A DNA stretch of 64,000 nucleotides from assembly GCA_019057385.1 (NCBI GenBank), contig JAHQJS010000005.1:256799-320798 (forward strand), read 5' to 3'. Source of the stretch: Candidatus Borrarchaeum weybense (lineage in GTDB: Archaea; Asgardarchaeota; Sifarchaeia; Borrarchaeales; Borrarchaeaceae). The notes beneath the pieces were generated by a model. That model saw only the letters and a program-made list of their open reading frames with translations. It did not search any database and was not told the origin of the DNA. Each line of letters starts with the position of its first letter. The stretch's first letter is position 1. This document shows positions 39,659 through 49,204 of this stretch, in pieces. The translations under genes and the position numbers were made by a program.

Positions 39659-39871
39659 TTAGCATGAACTATGCTTAATAGCCTCGTTTGGACAGGATAC
39701 GACACAAGTGCAACACTCCGTGCAATCATCGATATTAGTTGGAACAGCTTTTTCATCTATTAATTCATATACCTCGACAGGACAGTTGTCAACGCAATCA
39801 CCAACACCAGCACACAAGTCATAATCAATTGTAATAGTTACACCTACTTCTTCGCTTTTCCATTCTGGCAT
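39659..39871 (-). CDS. 4Fe-4S dicluster ferredoxin
   Basis: CAGVGDCVDNCP and CTECCTCVVSCP. Confidence 0.9.
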   Translation of the reverse strand: MPEWKSEEVGVTITIDYDLCAGVGDCVDNCPVEVYELIDEKAVPTNIDDCTECCTCVVSCPNEAIKHSSC

Positions 39872-39963
39872 ATATACCACCCACTCTAATTCAACAGAAA
39901 CAAATATGTCGCGTATATCTATATATAGCTATTCAGTATCCATATCCCACAAATACACTATCG

Positions 39964-40662
39964 TTAAAGAGATAGCAGCTTTCGGAATACACCAAGTAAA
40001 GTATGGCACTCTCGTCCTGAAATGAATGCCCTTCCGATTATATTTCTGAATATTCTTTCTGCTATCGGACGTTTAGCATCCATAAATCTGATTTTCTCCA
40101 ATAACTTTGAGAAATACTCAAAGAGTTTATCTTTTTCAATTTGACTTGCTGCCCGAAATCGTGCGTTCTTTCGTCCCTTTTTTAATCGAAAAATAGAATA
40201 TAAAATAATGGCGGCGGCTTGTGCGATATTTAGTGTTGGGTATTCACTATCTGATGGAATTGTGACAACTACATCACAACTGTTTAGTTCTTCATTAGTA
40301 AGTCCTGTTCCCTCTCGCCCAAATATGATTGCTGTCTTTCCACTCAAGTCAATCATCAACTGTAACTCCTCAGGATGAACTGTTACTCTCAGGGGATTGG
40401 AGATTCCACTGGCAGCGATTGCTGTTGTTCCAACTACTGCATCAACATCAGTAAGCGCTTCTTCTAGACTTGTAGCGATTTTAATCTCCTTAAGAAGTTC
40501 TTTTGCGTGCATTGCGAATCCATACGCAGTCGTAAGTTTGTTTAAATCTAGCTTTGGATTCACTAAATAGAGTTCACGGAAACCAAAATTCCCCATTAGA
40601 CGACAAATCGAGCCAAGGTTGATTTCGCCCGCGATTTCGACGATTACGATTCTAATTTGCAT
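39964..40662 (-). CDS. trmJ: tRNA (C32/U32) 2'-O-methyltransferase, TrmJ family
   Basis: NLGSICR.M.NFG, FGREGTGLTNEEL, YPTLN. Confidence 0.9.
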   Translation of the reverse strand: MQIRIVIVEIAGEINLGSICRLMGNFGFRELYLVNPKLDLNKLTTAYGFAMHAKELLKEIKIATSLEEALTDVDAVVGTTAIAASGISNPLRVTVHPEELQLMIDLSGKTAIIFGREGTGLTNEELNSCDVVVTIPSDSEYPTLNIAQAAAIILYSIFRLKKGRKNARFRAASQIEKDKLFEYFSKLLEKIRFMDAKRPIAERIFRNIIGRAFISGRECHTLLGVFRKLLSL

Positions 40663-40667
40663 GAGCT

Positions 40668-41825
40668 TCACTTGATATAAACCTGGATGACATCTGCATC
40701 TTCTAACGTGTGTGTAAGTCCTACTTGTGTGCCTGAATGTTTTACCGATGTGCCCCAGACCTTAGCATGCTTGAAGTGTTGAAAAAAATCTTTATGAAGC
40801 ATTTTCGTTAGCCCTTCAACTGTTGTGTTTTTTCGCAAAACCATAGGTCTTTTAGCTACGCCCTTTTCATCTTTCGTATAGACTCTAATCAAGCCGAGGG
40901 AGTGAAATATTCTCGGAGGGAGAATCTTGACGTTTCTCATACCTTCTTCATTCATAACGCTAGTGGGTACAATCAACGGGAATCGTTTTGCAATCGGACG
41001 GTTTTTCAATCTGTCAAAATTCTCTGCAGATCCCTTTACATCACCCTTTGTACAAATAATAATACCAGTCAAGTAGATGATACTTCTATCGAGTGTTTCG
41101 ACGATATCTTCAAGCTTAATTTTTCCAGAGATCGTTACAACGGCATTATGGATCCCTTGTTCAAAGAGAAGTTGCACAACGTCCTGTTTTTCGTTTTCAA
41201 GAATGCCTATGATTTGGATCCCGCCTGAACCTGTCTTCTTGATTTCCACTGGAGGAGGAATTCTGTTTAGTTTTATTCCAGTGCTATCAAATTCATTTAA
41301 GATAAGTTTAAGCTGCTCAAGAGGGTCTCTCATAAGATCAATAATCAAAATCACTAGATCAGCATTTCTGACGGCTCCTAGAGTTTGTCGTCCCATTACA
41401 CTTTGATTGGCATCTTTAAAAATAGCTGGAACTTCTACGGCTTGAATTTGTACGCCTTCGTAGTCAATCATTCCTGGCGTCAACACAGAAGTTGGAACTC
41501 CGATCTCGGGCTTAGCTGATGTCAAAGCGGCAAGTATTGAACTTTTGCCAGAGGAAGATACTCCGACTAGCACTACTTGAGCATCGCCCTCCTTCTTCAA
41601 GTGAAATTGAACGCCCGTGCCTTTCCTTCTGAGGCGTGCCTCTTCTGATTCTGCCTTTAACTTGCTAAGTTTAGTTTTGAGGGTTTGACGAAGATTATCA
41701 GTTCCTTTGTGATCAGGGATAAGTGATAAATACTCTTGCAGAGTACGAATTTTTTCACTAAGAGTGATGGCATTTTCATACTGCTCTTTTGCTTGCATTG
41801 CTTCGTGGCTTAAGTTTATCGGCAT
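40668..41825 (-). CDS. DRG/OBG-family GTPase-like protein with TGS domain (degenerate G motifs)
   Basis: PDHKGT, GVSSSGKSS, IRVYTK, VWG.SVK..G.QVG..H.LED.DV. Confidence 0.85.
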   Translation of the reverse strand: MPINLSHEAMQAKEQYENAITLSEKIRTLQEYLSLIPDHKGTDNLRQTLKTKLSKLKAESEEARLRRKGTGVQFHLKKEGDAQVVLVGVSSSGKSSILAALTSAKPEIGVPTSVLTPGMIDYEGVQIQAVEVPAIFKDANQSVMGRQTLGAVRNADLVILIIDLMRDPLEQLKLILNEFDSTGIKLNRIPPPVEIKKTGSGGIQIIGILENEKQDVVQLLFEQGIHNAVVTISGKIKLEDIVETLDRSIIYLTGIIICTKGDVKGSAENFDRLKNRPIAKRFPLIVPTSVMNEEGMRNVKILPPRIFHSLGLIRVYTKDEKGVAKRPMVLRKNTTVEGLTKMLHKDFFQHFKHAKVWGTSVKHSGTQVGLTHTLEDADVIQVYIK

Positions 41826-41964
41826 TTTAATCAGCAGGCTTTTGGCTTTCAATTTGTGGATGTGATCTCAACTTATTAGTTGAAAAATTATTTATTTTCT
41901 AAAAATTATTTGGAGATGTCTTTTGGTTTCTTATAGACTAAAAGAAAATTTAAAATCTTGGTAT

Positions 41965-42456
41965 TTAGAGCGAGATTATCACTTTCTCAGCTTTTTTCCC
42001 AGACATATATTCAATATCGATCCTCCCTATTCCAACTCTTGCCACTGATTTGTCACTGATCTGTTCAGCCATTAGCTTCTCTGGGTTGTCGTCCAACGCT
42101 CTGATCATAACTTTCAGAGCACGCTCTTTCTCTTCTTTATCTTCGATGAAAGTTATCGTGCCCTTAAACTGTGTTGCTGCATAGAGATGGTCGCATGCTC
42201 CTTGAACATAGCCTTTGTCTAGCAAAGCTTGCCCCCAAACCACATTATTGCTGTTGAGAATGTCGATCTTTTTTCCTTCTTTAGCACAGTGGAAGTAGAT
42301 ACAGTGACGATCTCTGTCATAACCGTAACTAAGTGTAACAAGGTATGGTTCATTATCTTTGCACATCGCGATAGTTATGTATTGAGTTGTTTCAAGAATT
42401 TTAATCATCTCATCTGTGTCAGTGATCTCTTTCTCTTTTCTTCTAATGCCTCTCAT
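41965..42456 (-). CDS. Pyridoxamine 5'-phosphate oxidase-like (NimA family) flavoprotein
   Basis: RRKEKEI, PY.V, IYFHCAKEGKK. Confidence 0.85.
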   Translation of the reverse strand: MRGIRRKEKEITDTDEMIKILETTQYITIAMCKDNEPYLVTLSYGYDRDRHCIYFHCAKEGKKIDILNSNNVVWGQALLDKGYVQGACDHLYAATQFKGTITFIEDKEEKERALKVMIRALDDNPEKLMAEQISDKSVARVGIGRIDIEYMSGKKAEKVIISL

Positions 42457-42515
42457 TAAATAAGACCTCTTTTAGACAATTTAGATTGTCAATTTGAATT
42501 ATGAATTCTCAAGTA

Positions 42516-44144
42516 TCACTCAGATTCCATAAAAGGATATCTATAGTCAGTTGGAGGCAGAAAGTTCTCCTTGATGGTTCTAGCACTAACCCATCTTATG
42601 AGATTTAACCAACTGCCTGCTTTATCGTTCGTACCAGATGCACGGGCACCACCGAAAGGTTGCTGTCCAACTACAGCCCCTGTGGGTTTATCGTTGATAT
42701 AGAAGTTTCCAGCTGCATTTCTAAGGATTTTTATGGCTAAAACGATCGCCTTTCGATCCTGAGCGAATATAGACCCTGTAAGCCCATATGGGGAAATCTG
42801 ATCGCATAAATGCAATGTGTTTTCATACTTATCTGCAGGATAGACATAAACGGTCATTACAGGACCAAAGATTTCCTCACACATCATTAAGTGTCCAGGA
42901 TCCTCTGTGCGAATGATCGTTGGTTCAATGAAATAGCCCTTAGCATCGTCAGAATTGCCACCAACTACAAACTCCATACCTGCATTCTTTGCGGCGTCAA
43001 TATACCTCTTAATGTTATCAAACGACGCTTTGTCAATTACAGCATTGATAAAATTCGAAAAATCTTCCACACCACCCATTTTCATGCTTTTTATTCCTTC
43101 GACTAACATGGGCTTTATTTTTTCCCAGAGAGTGTCAGGAATGTAAGCACGGGACGATGCACTGCATTTCTGACCGGAATACTCGAAAGATCCTCGAAGG
43201 ATTGCCACAGCTAGTGCTTTGATATCAGCACTTTCATGAGCGAAAATGAAATCTTTGCCACCTGTTTCACCAACGATTCGCGGATATATATTGTAATTGG
43301 CAATATTTTCTCCTACGGTTCTCCACATACTTTGAAAAGTGCTAGTACTCCCAGTGAAGTGGATACCCGCCAGATGAGGATTCTTCAAAATAATTGAACC
43401 GACTCCTGTCCTACTTTTGAAAGGAACGAAGTTGATGACTCCTCCGGGTAGTCCTGCTTCTTCCAGTATTTCCATGAAGAAATAAGCTGAATATATCGAA
43501 GTAGAGGCGGGTTTGAACAAGACCACATTGCCCATGATAGCAGGGGCTGTAGGTAAGTTGCCAGTAATCGAAGTAAAGTTGAAGGGAGTTACAGCAAAGA
43601 TGAAACCTTCTAAGGGGCGGTATTCCATCCGATTCCATTGATTTCTAGCTGAAAATGGCTGTTCATTGTAAATTTGCCACATAAAATATGTGTTGAATCG
43701 AAGAAAGTCAACTAACTCACAGGCGGAATCAATTTCTGCCTGAAATACGTTTTTACTTTGTCCAAGCATTGTAGCAGCATTAAGTAACATGCGATGTGGA
43801 CCTGCAAGCAGATCTGCAGCTTTCAAGAAAATAGCGGCTCTATCCTCCCAAGACCATTCACTCCATTCTTTCCAAGTCTCTATAGCCGTTTCTATAACTT
43901 GTTTGATCTCTTGCTCACCTGCCTGATGATATCGCCCTAAGAGATGTTGATGATCATGGGGAACTCGAATCTCTCCTAATTTATCAGTCTTTATTCGCTT
44001 TCCGCCTATAATTAAAGGAATTTCTACTTCTTTGCTCCTAAGTTCCTGAATTTTTTTCTTCAGAACTTCGCGTTCAGGTGTTCCTGGACCATAACTAAAA
44101 ACTGGTTCATTAACCGGTTTTGGTACTTTAAAAGAACCTAACAT
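42516..44144 (-). CDS. pruA: L-glutamate gamma-semialdehyde (P5C) dehydrogenase
   Basis: NEP, QAEIDSACE, PFNFT, FTGST, GETGGK, GQKCSA, EEIFGP, GQQPFGG. Confidence 0.95.
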   Translation of the reverse strand: MLGSFKVPKPVNEPVFSYGPGTPEREVLKKKIQELRSKEVEIPLIIGGKRIKTDKLGEIRVPHDHQHLLGRYHQAGEQEIKQVIETAIETWKEWSEWSWEDRAAIFLKAADLLAGPHRMLLNAATMLGQSKNVFQAEIDSACELVDFLRFNTYFMWQIYNEQPFSARNQWNRMEYRPLEGFIFAVTPFNFTSITGNLPTAPAIMGNVVLFKPASTSIYSAYFFMEILEEAGLPGGVINFVPFKSRTGVGSIILKNPHLAGIHFTGSTSTFQSMWRTVGENIANYNIYPRIVGETGGKDFIFAHESADIKALAVAILRGSFEYSGQKCSASSRAYIPDTLWEKIKPMLVEGIKSMKMGGVEDFSNFINAVIDKASFDNIKRYIDAAKNAGMEFVVGGNSDDAKGYFIEPTIIRTEDPGHLMMCEEIFGPVMTVYVYPADKYENTLHLCDQISPYGLTGSIFAQDRKAIVLAIKILRNAAGNFYINDKPTGAVVGQQPFGGARASGTNDKAGSWLNLIRWVSARTIKENFLPPTDYRYPFMESE

Positions 44145-44317
44145 GTAAGACCCCCTATATTTATTTGACAAATCAAATAGTTTCTTGGACAGAGATATTG
44201 TTTACTAGGGCATTTAGAACTATTCAAATTTTTGATACCATCAAAAAATCATGCAAAAAATCCAATCTTTTATCTTAATTAAAGCAATTCTTGCGAATTC
44301 ATTGAGAGGATTAATTT

Positions 44318-45910
44318 ATGAATAACATCGAGAAGTTTAATAGATTGGGCGGTGTTTGGACTCCCAAGGCTATATTGGGAGACGTTAAGAAAGTCGCCAA
44401 GGCTTTACCAGAAAATTTTGTAGATTGTATCATCACCTCTCCGCCCTATTGGATGCAAAGAGATTATGCCCATCCCGATCAGGTGGGTAGAGAGGAAACT
44501 CCAGAAGATTATGTTAATGAAATTGCTTCAGTATTCGAGATCTTAGCACCTAAACTGAAGAAAACGGGCACAATCTTCCTTAATGTTGGGTATAAGTATC
44601 TTAACGGAGAATTTATTTTAATCCCGGAAATGATAGCGCTGGAGATGAAAAAAAGAGGTTTTATGTTAAAAAATAAACTTATCTGGTTCAAACCAAACGC
44701 TATGCCCACACCTGCAAGAGATAGATTCAATGATGTATATGAGCCGGTCCTATACTTCATTAGATCAGAAGGGAAGGACGTTCACTATTTCAATCTTGAA
44801 CAAGTCTCCCAAAAGGCTAAGACATTTAATGATTATGAAAATTTACTGAAAATCCTGCCTGAAGAATTGATTGGGGCAAAGGTTATTGATTCCCTCTCAA
44901 TGCGAAAGAGTGCAGAAGGAAAAGTGATTGGTGTCCGCTATATATCAGACGATCCTACTGAAGTTCTAGTTATATGGGAGAATAACACTCAAGAGTGGAT
45001 ACCCTTTGGTAAAACAATGAAAAATTATCCAGAATCAGTGAATTTCAATTGTCCTAAATGTGGGGAAGTTATCAATTGTTGGAATATCAGACTCTCATTT
45101 GCAAATCTCGGAGAAATGGTATGCCCAGAATTTAAATCACTCCTCTGTGAGAGTTCAGAAACTTTTCCGACACCCGAACTTGAAAATACGACTAAATCGA
45201 AAGCTAAAATTCAGGAACTAGTTGATCCTAATACTGACGCAAAAAAGTATATTACAAAAAGTCCAAAAAGCAGCAAATTTTTGAAGGCAAATATGAAAAA
45301 AACCACTATGGCTTCGCCAGCAGGTCGGCTTGCTATTGAGGGCGAATATTTGACGATAAAACGTAGATGGGATGTTCCTCAACTGCTCATCGCAAAATAT
45401 CTAAGATATTGGAAGAACTATACGGGGATTACCATCGGAGATATAGATAAAAAATTGGGATATGCCCATACAGCAGGGCACTGGTTTAGACTTGATTTTG
45501 GATGGTGGGGAAAAGGAGGTTCTATACCACGACCTACAGACTGGAAACGTCTTAAAAAGTTATTAAAATTTGATGATATTTATGAAAAGTTAGTAACTGA
45601 GAAAGTAGCCGTCCTTCAAACTGTTAAACCCCACGAGGAGGGAAAAAATCCAGGTGATGTCTGGGAGATAATGCTTGAACAGTATCCTGAAGCGCATTTC
45701 TCGATTTTTCCTACCAAATTGGTCGAAACTGCGATGAAAGCAGGTTGTCCCTTAGGAGGAGTCGTGTTAGATCCATTTGCTGGCTCTGGAACTGTGGGAG
45801 AAGTAGCTATTAAACTGGGGAGAAAAGCAATATTAATAGAATTGGTTCCTCAGTTCTTAGAATTGATGAAGAAAAGATTTCAAGAACAAATCGAAATTAT
45901 ATCTCTTTAA
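44318..45910 (+). CDS. Beta-class N4-C/N6-A DNA methyltransferase with large internal insert
   Basis: TSPPY N-terminal, DPFAGSGT C-terminal, AHF..FP. Confidence 0.88.
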   Translation: MNNIEKFNRLGGVWTPKAILGDVKKVAKALPENFVDCIITSPPYWMQRDYAHPDQVGREETPEDYVNEIASVFEILAPKLKKTGTIFLNVGYKYLNGEFILIPEMIALEMKKRGFMLKNKLIWFKPNAMPTPARDRFNDVYEPVLYFIRSEGKDVHYFNLEQVSQKAKTFNDYENLLKILPEELIGAKVIDSLSMRKSAEGKVIGVRYISDDPTEVLVIWENNTQEWIPFGKTMKNYPESVNFNCPKCGEVINCWNIRLSFANLGEMVCPEFKSLLCESSETFPTPELENTTKSKAKIQELVDPNTDAKKYITKSPKSSKFLKANMKKTTMASPAGRLAIEGEYLTIKRRWDVPQLLIAKYLRYWKNYTGITIGDIDKKLGYAHTAGHWFRLDFGWWGKGGSIPRPTDWKRLKKLLKFDDIYEKLVTEKVAVLQTVKPHEEGKNPGDVWEIMLEQYPEAHFSIFPTKLVETAMKAGCPLGGVVLDPFAGSGTVGEVAIKLGRKAILIELVPQFLELMKKRFQEQIEIISL

Positions 45911-46065
45911 GTTGCCAATTTTGGGAGGAATAATGATAAATCCATAGACGTTGAGTTGCATGAATGATACGTTTAACGCAACTCATGTTTCCTAAACAAA
46001 AGAACTCACGAGATTCAGAACTCAAATGTTTTACAATGGCGACACACGCAAGTTTCACAGATCGT

Positions 46066-46491
46066 TCAGACGCGCTCCCAGATCAGATGGGCAGTCTGCT
46101 GTATGCTGGCCGCTAGAAAAGGGGGTGTACTTAATGATAATCTATCCTCTTCAAATTCAAAGAAACGGAACTGATCCACACCACTCCAGTTAGGAAAGAA
46201 ACTGACTTCAATGTTATGAATGACTTTGTCTCCTTGAACTTTATACTTTCCACAATAGGAGACATAGGTATCGGCGGCTGCTACCTTCTCTTCAGTTGTT
46301 CCTCCCCGGAAGTCTCCAGAAGCAAATTTGGGACGGTTACCACTCATGATGGCTACGGACATATATCCGTCCTCATTATACATGATATACCCAACAAAGT
46401 CTCGGCCGAATGGGTAGCTAACTTGGCCATCCGCTCTTCTATATTCCAATGATATGAGTCTCCAAGTCCCGACAAAAGGGTTTTGTGTCAT
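46066..46491 (-). CDS. Lipocalin-like domain protein
   Basis: FVGTWRL.S, G.IMY..DG.MS, SFFPNW.G. Confidence 0.8.
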   Translation of the reverse strand: MTQNPFVGTWRLISLEYRRADGQVSYPFGRDFVGYIMYNEDGYMSVAIMSGNRPKFASGDFRGGTTEEKVAAADTYVSYCGKYKVQGDKVIHNIEVSFFPNWSGVDQFRFFEFEEDRLSLSTPPFLAASIQQTAHLIWERV

Positions 46492-46897
46492 TCTCTCACC
46501 TATTTCAATTTTAATATTTGTTATACAAATGCAGTAATTTAAACATTAATAATTGAATTTTCAAAGAATAAAAAGGTAAAATAAACGTCAATTCGCGGTA
46601 AAATATAATATCCGTAAACGTCGATATGAAGCACTATACAAAACATATACCCCAATGATACCTTTTATGAGACACTCACAAAGTTCCTTACAATATCACT
46701 CGCGATGGAATTAAATGGACTTCAGATGGAATTGAGTTTGAGAAATTCGCAGATCTAGTTGATGCATACATTGTATACCAAATTATATGTATTATGTAGT
46801 TTTAACAAATCATAATTCTTATCAAAAAGAGTGTTTTTAATTCTAATAAGACTAATTTTGCTCAACAAACTAATTATTTAGCGATGGATGATTTCCG

Positions 46898-47167
46898 TCA
46901 TCTTTTCAAAACTTTTTGGATATGTTTCTCAAGGAATGGTAAGGCTAACCCTATCACAACTAAAATATCAATGATTATGAACCAAAAAAGGAACTGTGAC
47001 ATTCTAGCCAACATAATTAATTGCTGATAAATAATAACAGCAAAGAGCACTAATGTGACTAGTGGAACTATTGTTTTCAGTCTCTTGTCACTCAACAAGT
47101 GCTCGAGCTTCATGGTGAAATTTCTTGTTTTTGAATCATCTTCGGAGGGCTCTGCCATAATACTCAC
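46898..47167 (-). CDS. Small two-TM membrane protein
   Basis: Two hydrophobic segments. Confidence 0.5.
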   Translation of the reverse strand: MSIMAEPSEDDSKTRNFTMKLEHLLSDKRLKTIVPLVTLVLFAVIIYQQLIMLARMSQFLFWFIIIDILVVIGLALPFLEKHIQKVLKR

Positions 47168-47346
47168 ATGAAAATTCTTAACTATTCTTTGGATTCATAT
47201 TGTGATTCAGATATTGCTTTGAATCATAAGCACGAATATAATAAACCGAGTATTCTTCATTATAATGTGTCGAACGTTAAATTAAAATTCTTTCCGATAG
47301 AATTCTTTAAAGATCACGTAATCGCAATGCAATAAGAGTGAATCAG

Positions 47347-47634
47347 ATGTCAACTATAAAAGTGAAATTCTTTGCACGTATCAGAGAGATAGTCAAAACA
47401 CCAAAAGCCGAGATAAGCGTAAATGATAAGATCAAATTAATCGATTTTATGAATCTATTGGCAGAGAAATATGGACCTGAATTTAGAGAATACGTGTTTA
47501 AGGCAGATCAAATTGCTAGTCATATTATGCTCATGATTAATGGAAATGCAGCGAAAAATCATGATGTATTCCTTGAAGAAAATGATACTTTGGCAATCTT
47601 ACCCCCAGTAGGTGGTGGGAACAATTATCATTAG
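47347..47634 (+). CDS. Ubiquitin-like SAMP/MoaD family protein with element-derived NNYH extension after GGG
   Basis: IKVKFFA..RE, INGN, LAILPPVGGG. Confidence 0.9.
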   Translation: MSTIKVKFFARIREIVKTPKAEISVNDKIKLIDFMNLLAEKYGPEFREYVFKADQIASHIMLMINGNAAKNHDVFLEENDTLAILPPVGGGNNYH

Positions 47635-49097
47635 TTTAATTAAACTTCATAAAACTTCATATATTTGGGCATGTATTCTTTGTTTTACGCTGATAGTCCC
47701 TTTAAGACGGACTTCGATACTTTAAAAAAGGATCTCGTAGCAAGATTATACAGGGTGTCTTAATGGGCGCGATAACCATTCCTGGGGCGATCATCACCTT
47801 AGATGATAGTGCGTTATTGGACGACCTTATGAAACGTTTCGGTAACGCCCGTAGGCGCGCTTTTTCCATGAAACGCAAAGGCTTGACGACATCCTGTATC
47901 GAAACTATTCTTCAACAAGATATTAAACTCAACGCTAGATATATTAAGGACGCTTATTACTCCATCAATAATTTACCCTGCAATACCACCTTTGGCGGCT
48001 TGAAGAACCAGCGGTTGCGCGAGAACGGCAAAATCACCAAAGAAGAATATAAAAAACGCCGAAATGCGATCCTGCTTTCACGTGGGGAGCGGTCTAAGAA
48101 TGGCAACCTTAACCTCAGAATCGACCTTGACACCATGCAACTGCGTATCAATACCTGTTGCCACGATAAGAATAAAAAGTGGATATTTGTGAGGATTTTA
48201 ATCCCGCAGAAATACCTCGACAAATATGGTAGGTATCTGGACGGTTCAAACTCTTATACCGTGCAGATTAAGCGACGCAACTTTGACCGGGGCTACGACC
48301 TGCGCATCAGCATCAAACTATCCTGTATGCTTCGGGAGTCCTCGCGGGTGATGTCTTTAGATATAAACGCAGGACATACTGATTTCGCAGTGATGAACAA
48401 AAGCGATGATATGCTTGTAGCGATAGGAAAGTTCAACCATCACGAGACACAGCATACCCGATGGGGAAAGCGCGACTGTCTGTTGAATAAATTGGTGAAC
48501 AAGATCGGCAATCTGGCACGACATTATGATGCGGAGGTAGTGGTGGGACATCTCAATACGGGAAAGTTTTGGAGTTACAACAAGAAGGCTACGCGGAAGA
48601 TCCGCCAACTGCCGCAGTATCAATTTCGGCAATTGCTGAAACGGTTGGAGTTGCAGGGAATAAAGGTGAGTGAAAGGTCGGAGGCCTATACCAGCAAGTT
48701 AGGTGACGTCATCTCTCAACTAATAGGATATGACATCCACAAATGTGCGGCGATGATGTTCGCCCTTAAGGTCATCAACTATGACTTATTCAAGCAGTTG
48801 AAGACGTTTCTCTTCGGAGTTCCGTCATATGAGGCTTATGGAAGGCGGAGGCGCGGGCAAAGGAGAGAAAGCGGGCTAACTGCCCCCATCCAGTACCAAA
48901 AGTTTCTAAAAAGTATGAAGTTCTGGATGGCGATGAACTCCTCGATAATAAATGAGGAGAGAGGCTACCTCCCGACTCCAGGTAGGGAGGGATTGTGCAA
49001 TAGGACAATGATGTCCTTTCTGGACAATTTAAAAGCGGACTTCCCATGTCACACTCTCAAGATATATTAAGAAATATGAAGATATGGTAAGATACCG
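47620..49097 (+). mobile_element. IS607-like element (tnpA deleted, tnpB-like gene retained)
   Basis: Follows TGGG; 10-bp phased repeats at both ends (AAACTTCATA left; AAGATAT-type right); DLVARLYRVS* tnpA-like remnant coupled to the tnpB ATG; removal restores the SAMP stop codon. Confidence 0.7.
47763..49070 (+). CDS. tnpB: TnpB-related protein (IS607-associated type), RuvC-II Glu absent
   Basis: FGG, SRGE.SKNGN.N.R, SLDINAGH, EAYTSK.G, H..AA. Confidence 0.8.
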   Translation: MGAITIPGAIITLDDSALLDDLMKRFGNARRRAFSMKRKGLTTSCIETILQQDIKLNARYIKDAYYSINNLPCNTTFGGLKNQRLRENGKITKEEYKKRRNAILLSRGERSKNGNLNLRIDLDTMQLRINTCCHDKNKKWIFVRILIPQKYLDKYGRYLDGSNSYTVQIKRRNFDRGYDLRISIKLSCMLRESSRVMSLDINAGHTDFAVMNKSDDMLVAIGKFNHHETQHTRWGKRDCLLNKLVNKIGNLARHYDAEVVVGHLNTGKFWSYNKKATRKIRQLPQYQFRQLLKRLELQGIKVSERSEAYTSKLGDVISQLIGYDIHKCAAMMFALKVINYDLFKQLKTFLFGVPSYEAYGRRRRGQRRESGLTAPIQYQKFLKSMKFWMAMNSSIINEERGYLPTPGREGLCNRTMMSFLDNLKADFPCHTLKIY

Positions 49098-49204
49098 TGA
49101 CCTGGTGGGTGTATCTACATACTCATTTAGTTTTTAGAAGTCTGTTAGTTCTCCCTCTATCCTTAGAGGATCCCTGTTCGTTATAAAAATAAGAGGCAAA
49201 CTAT

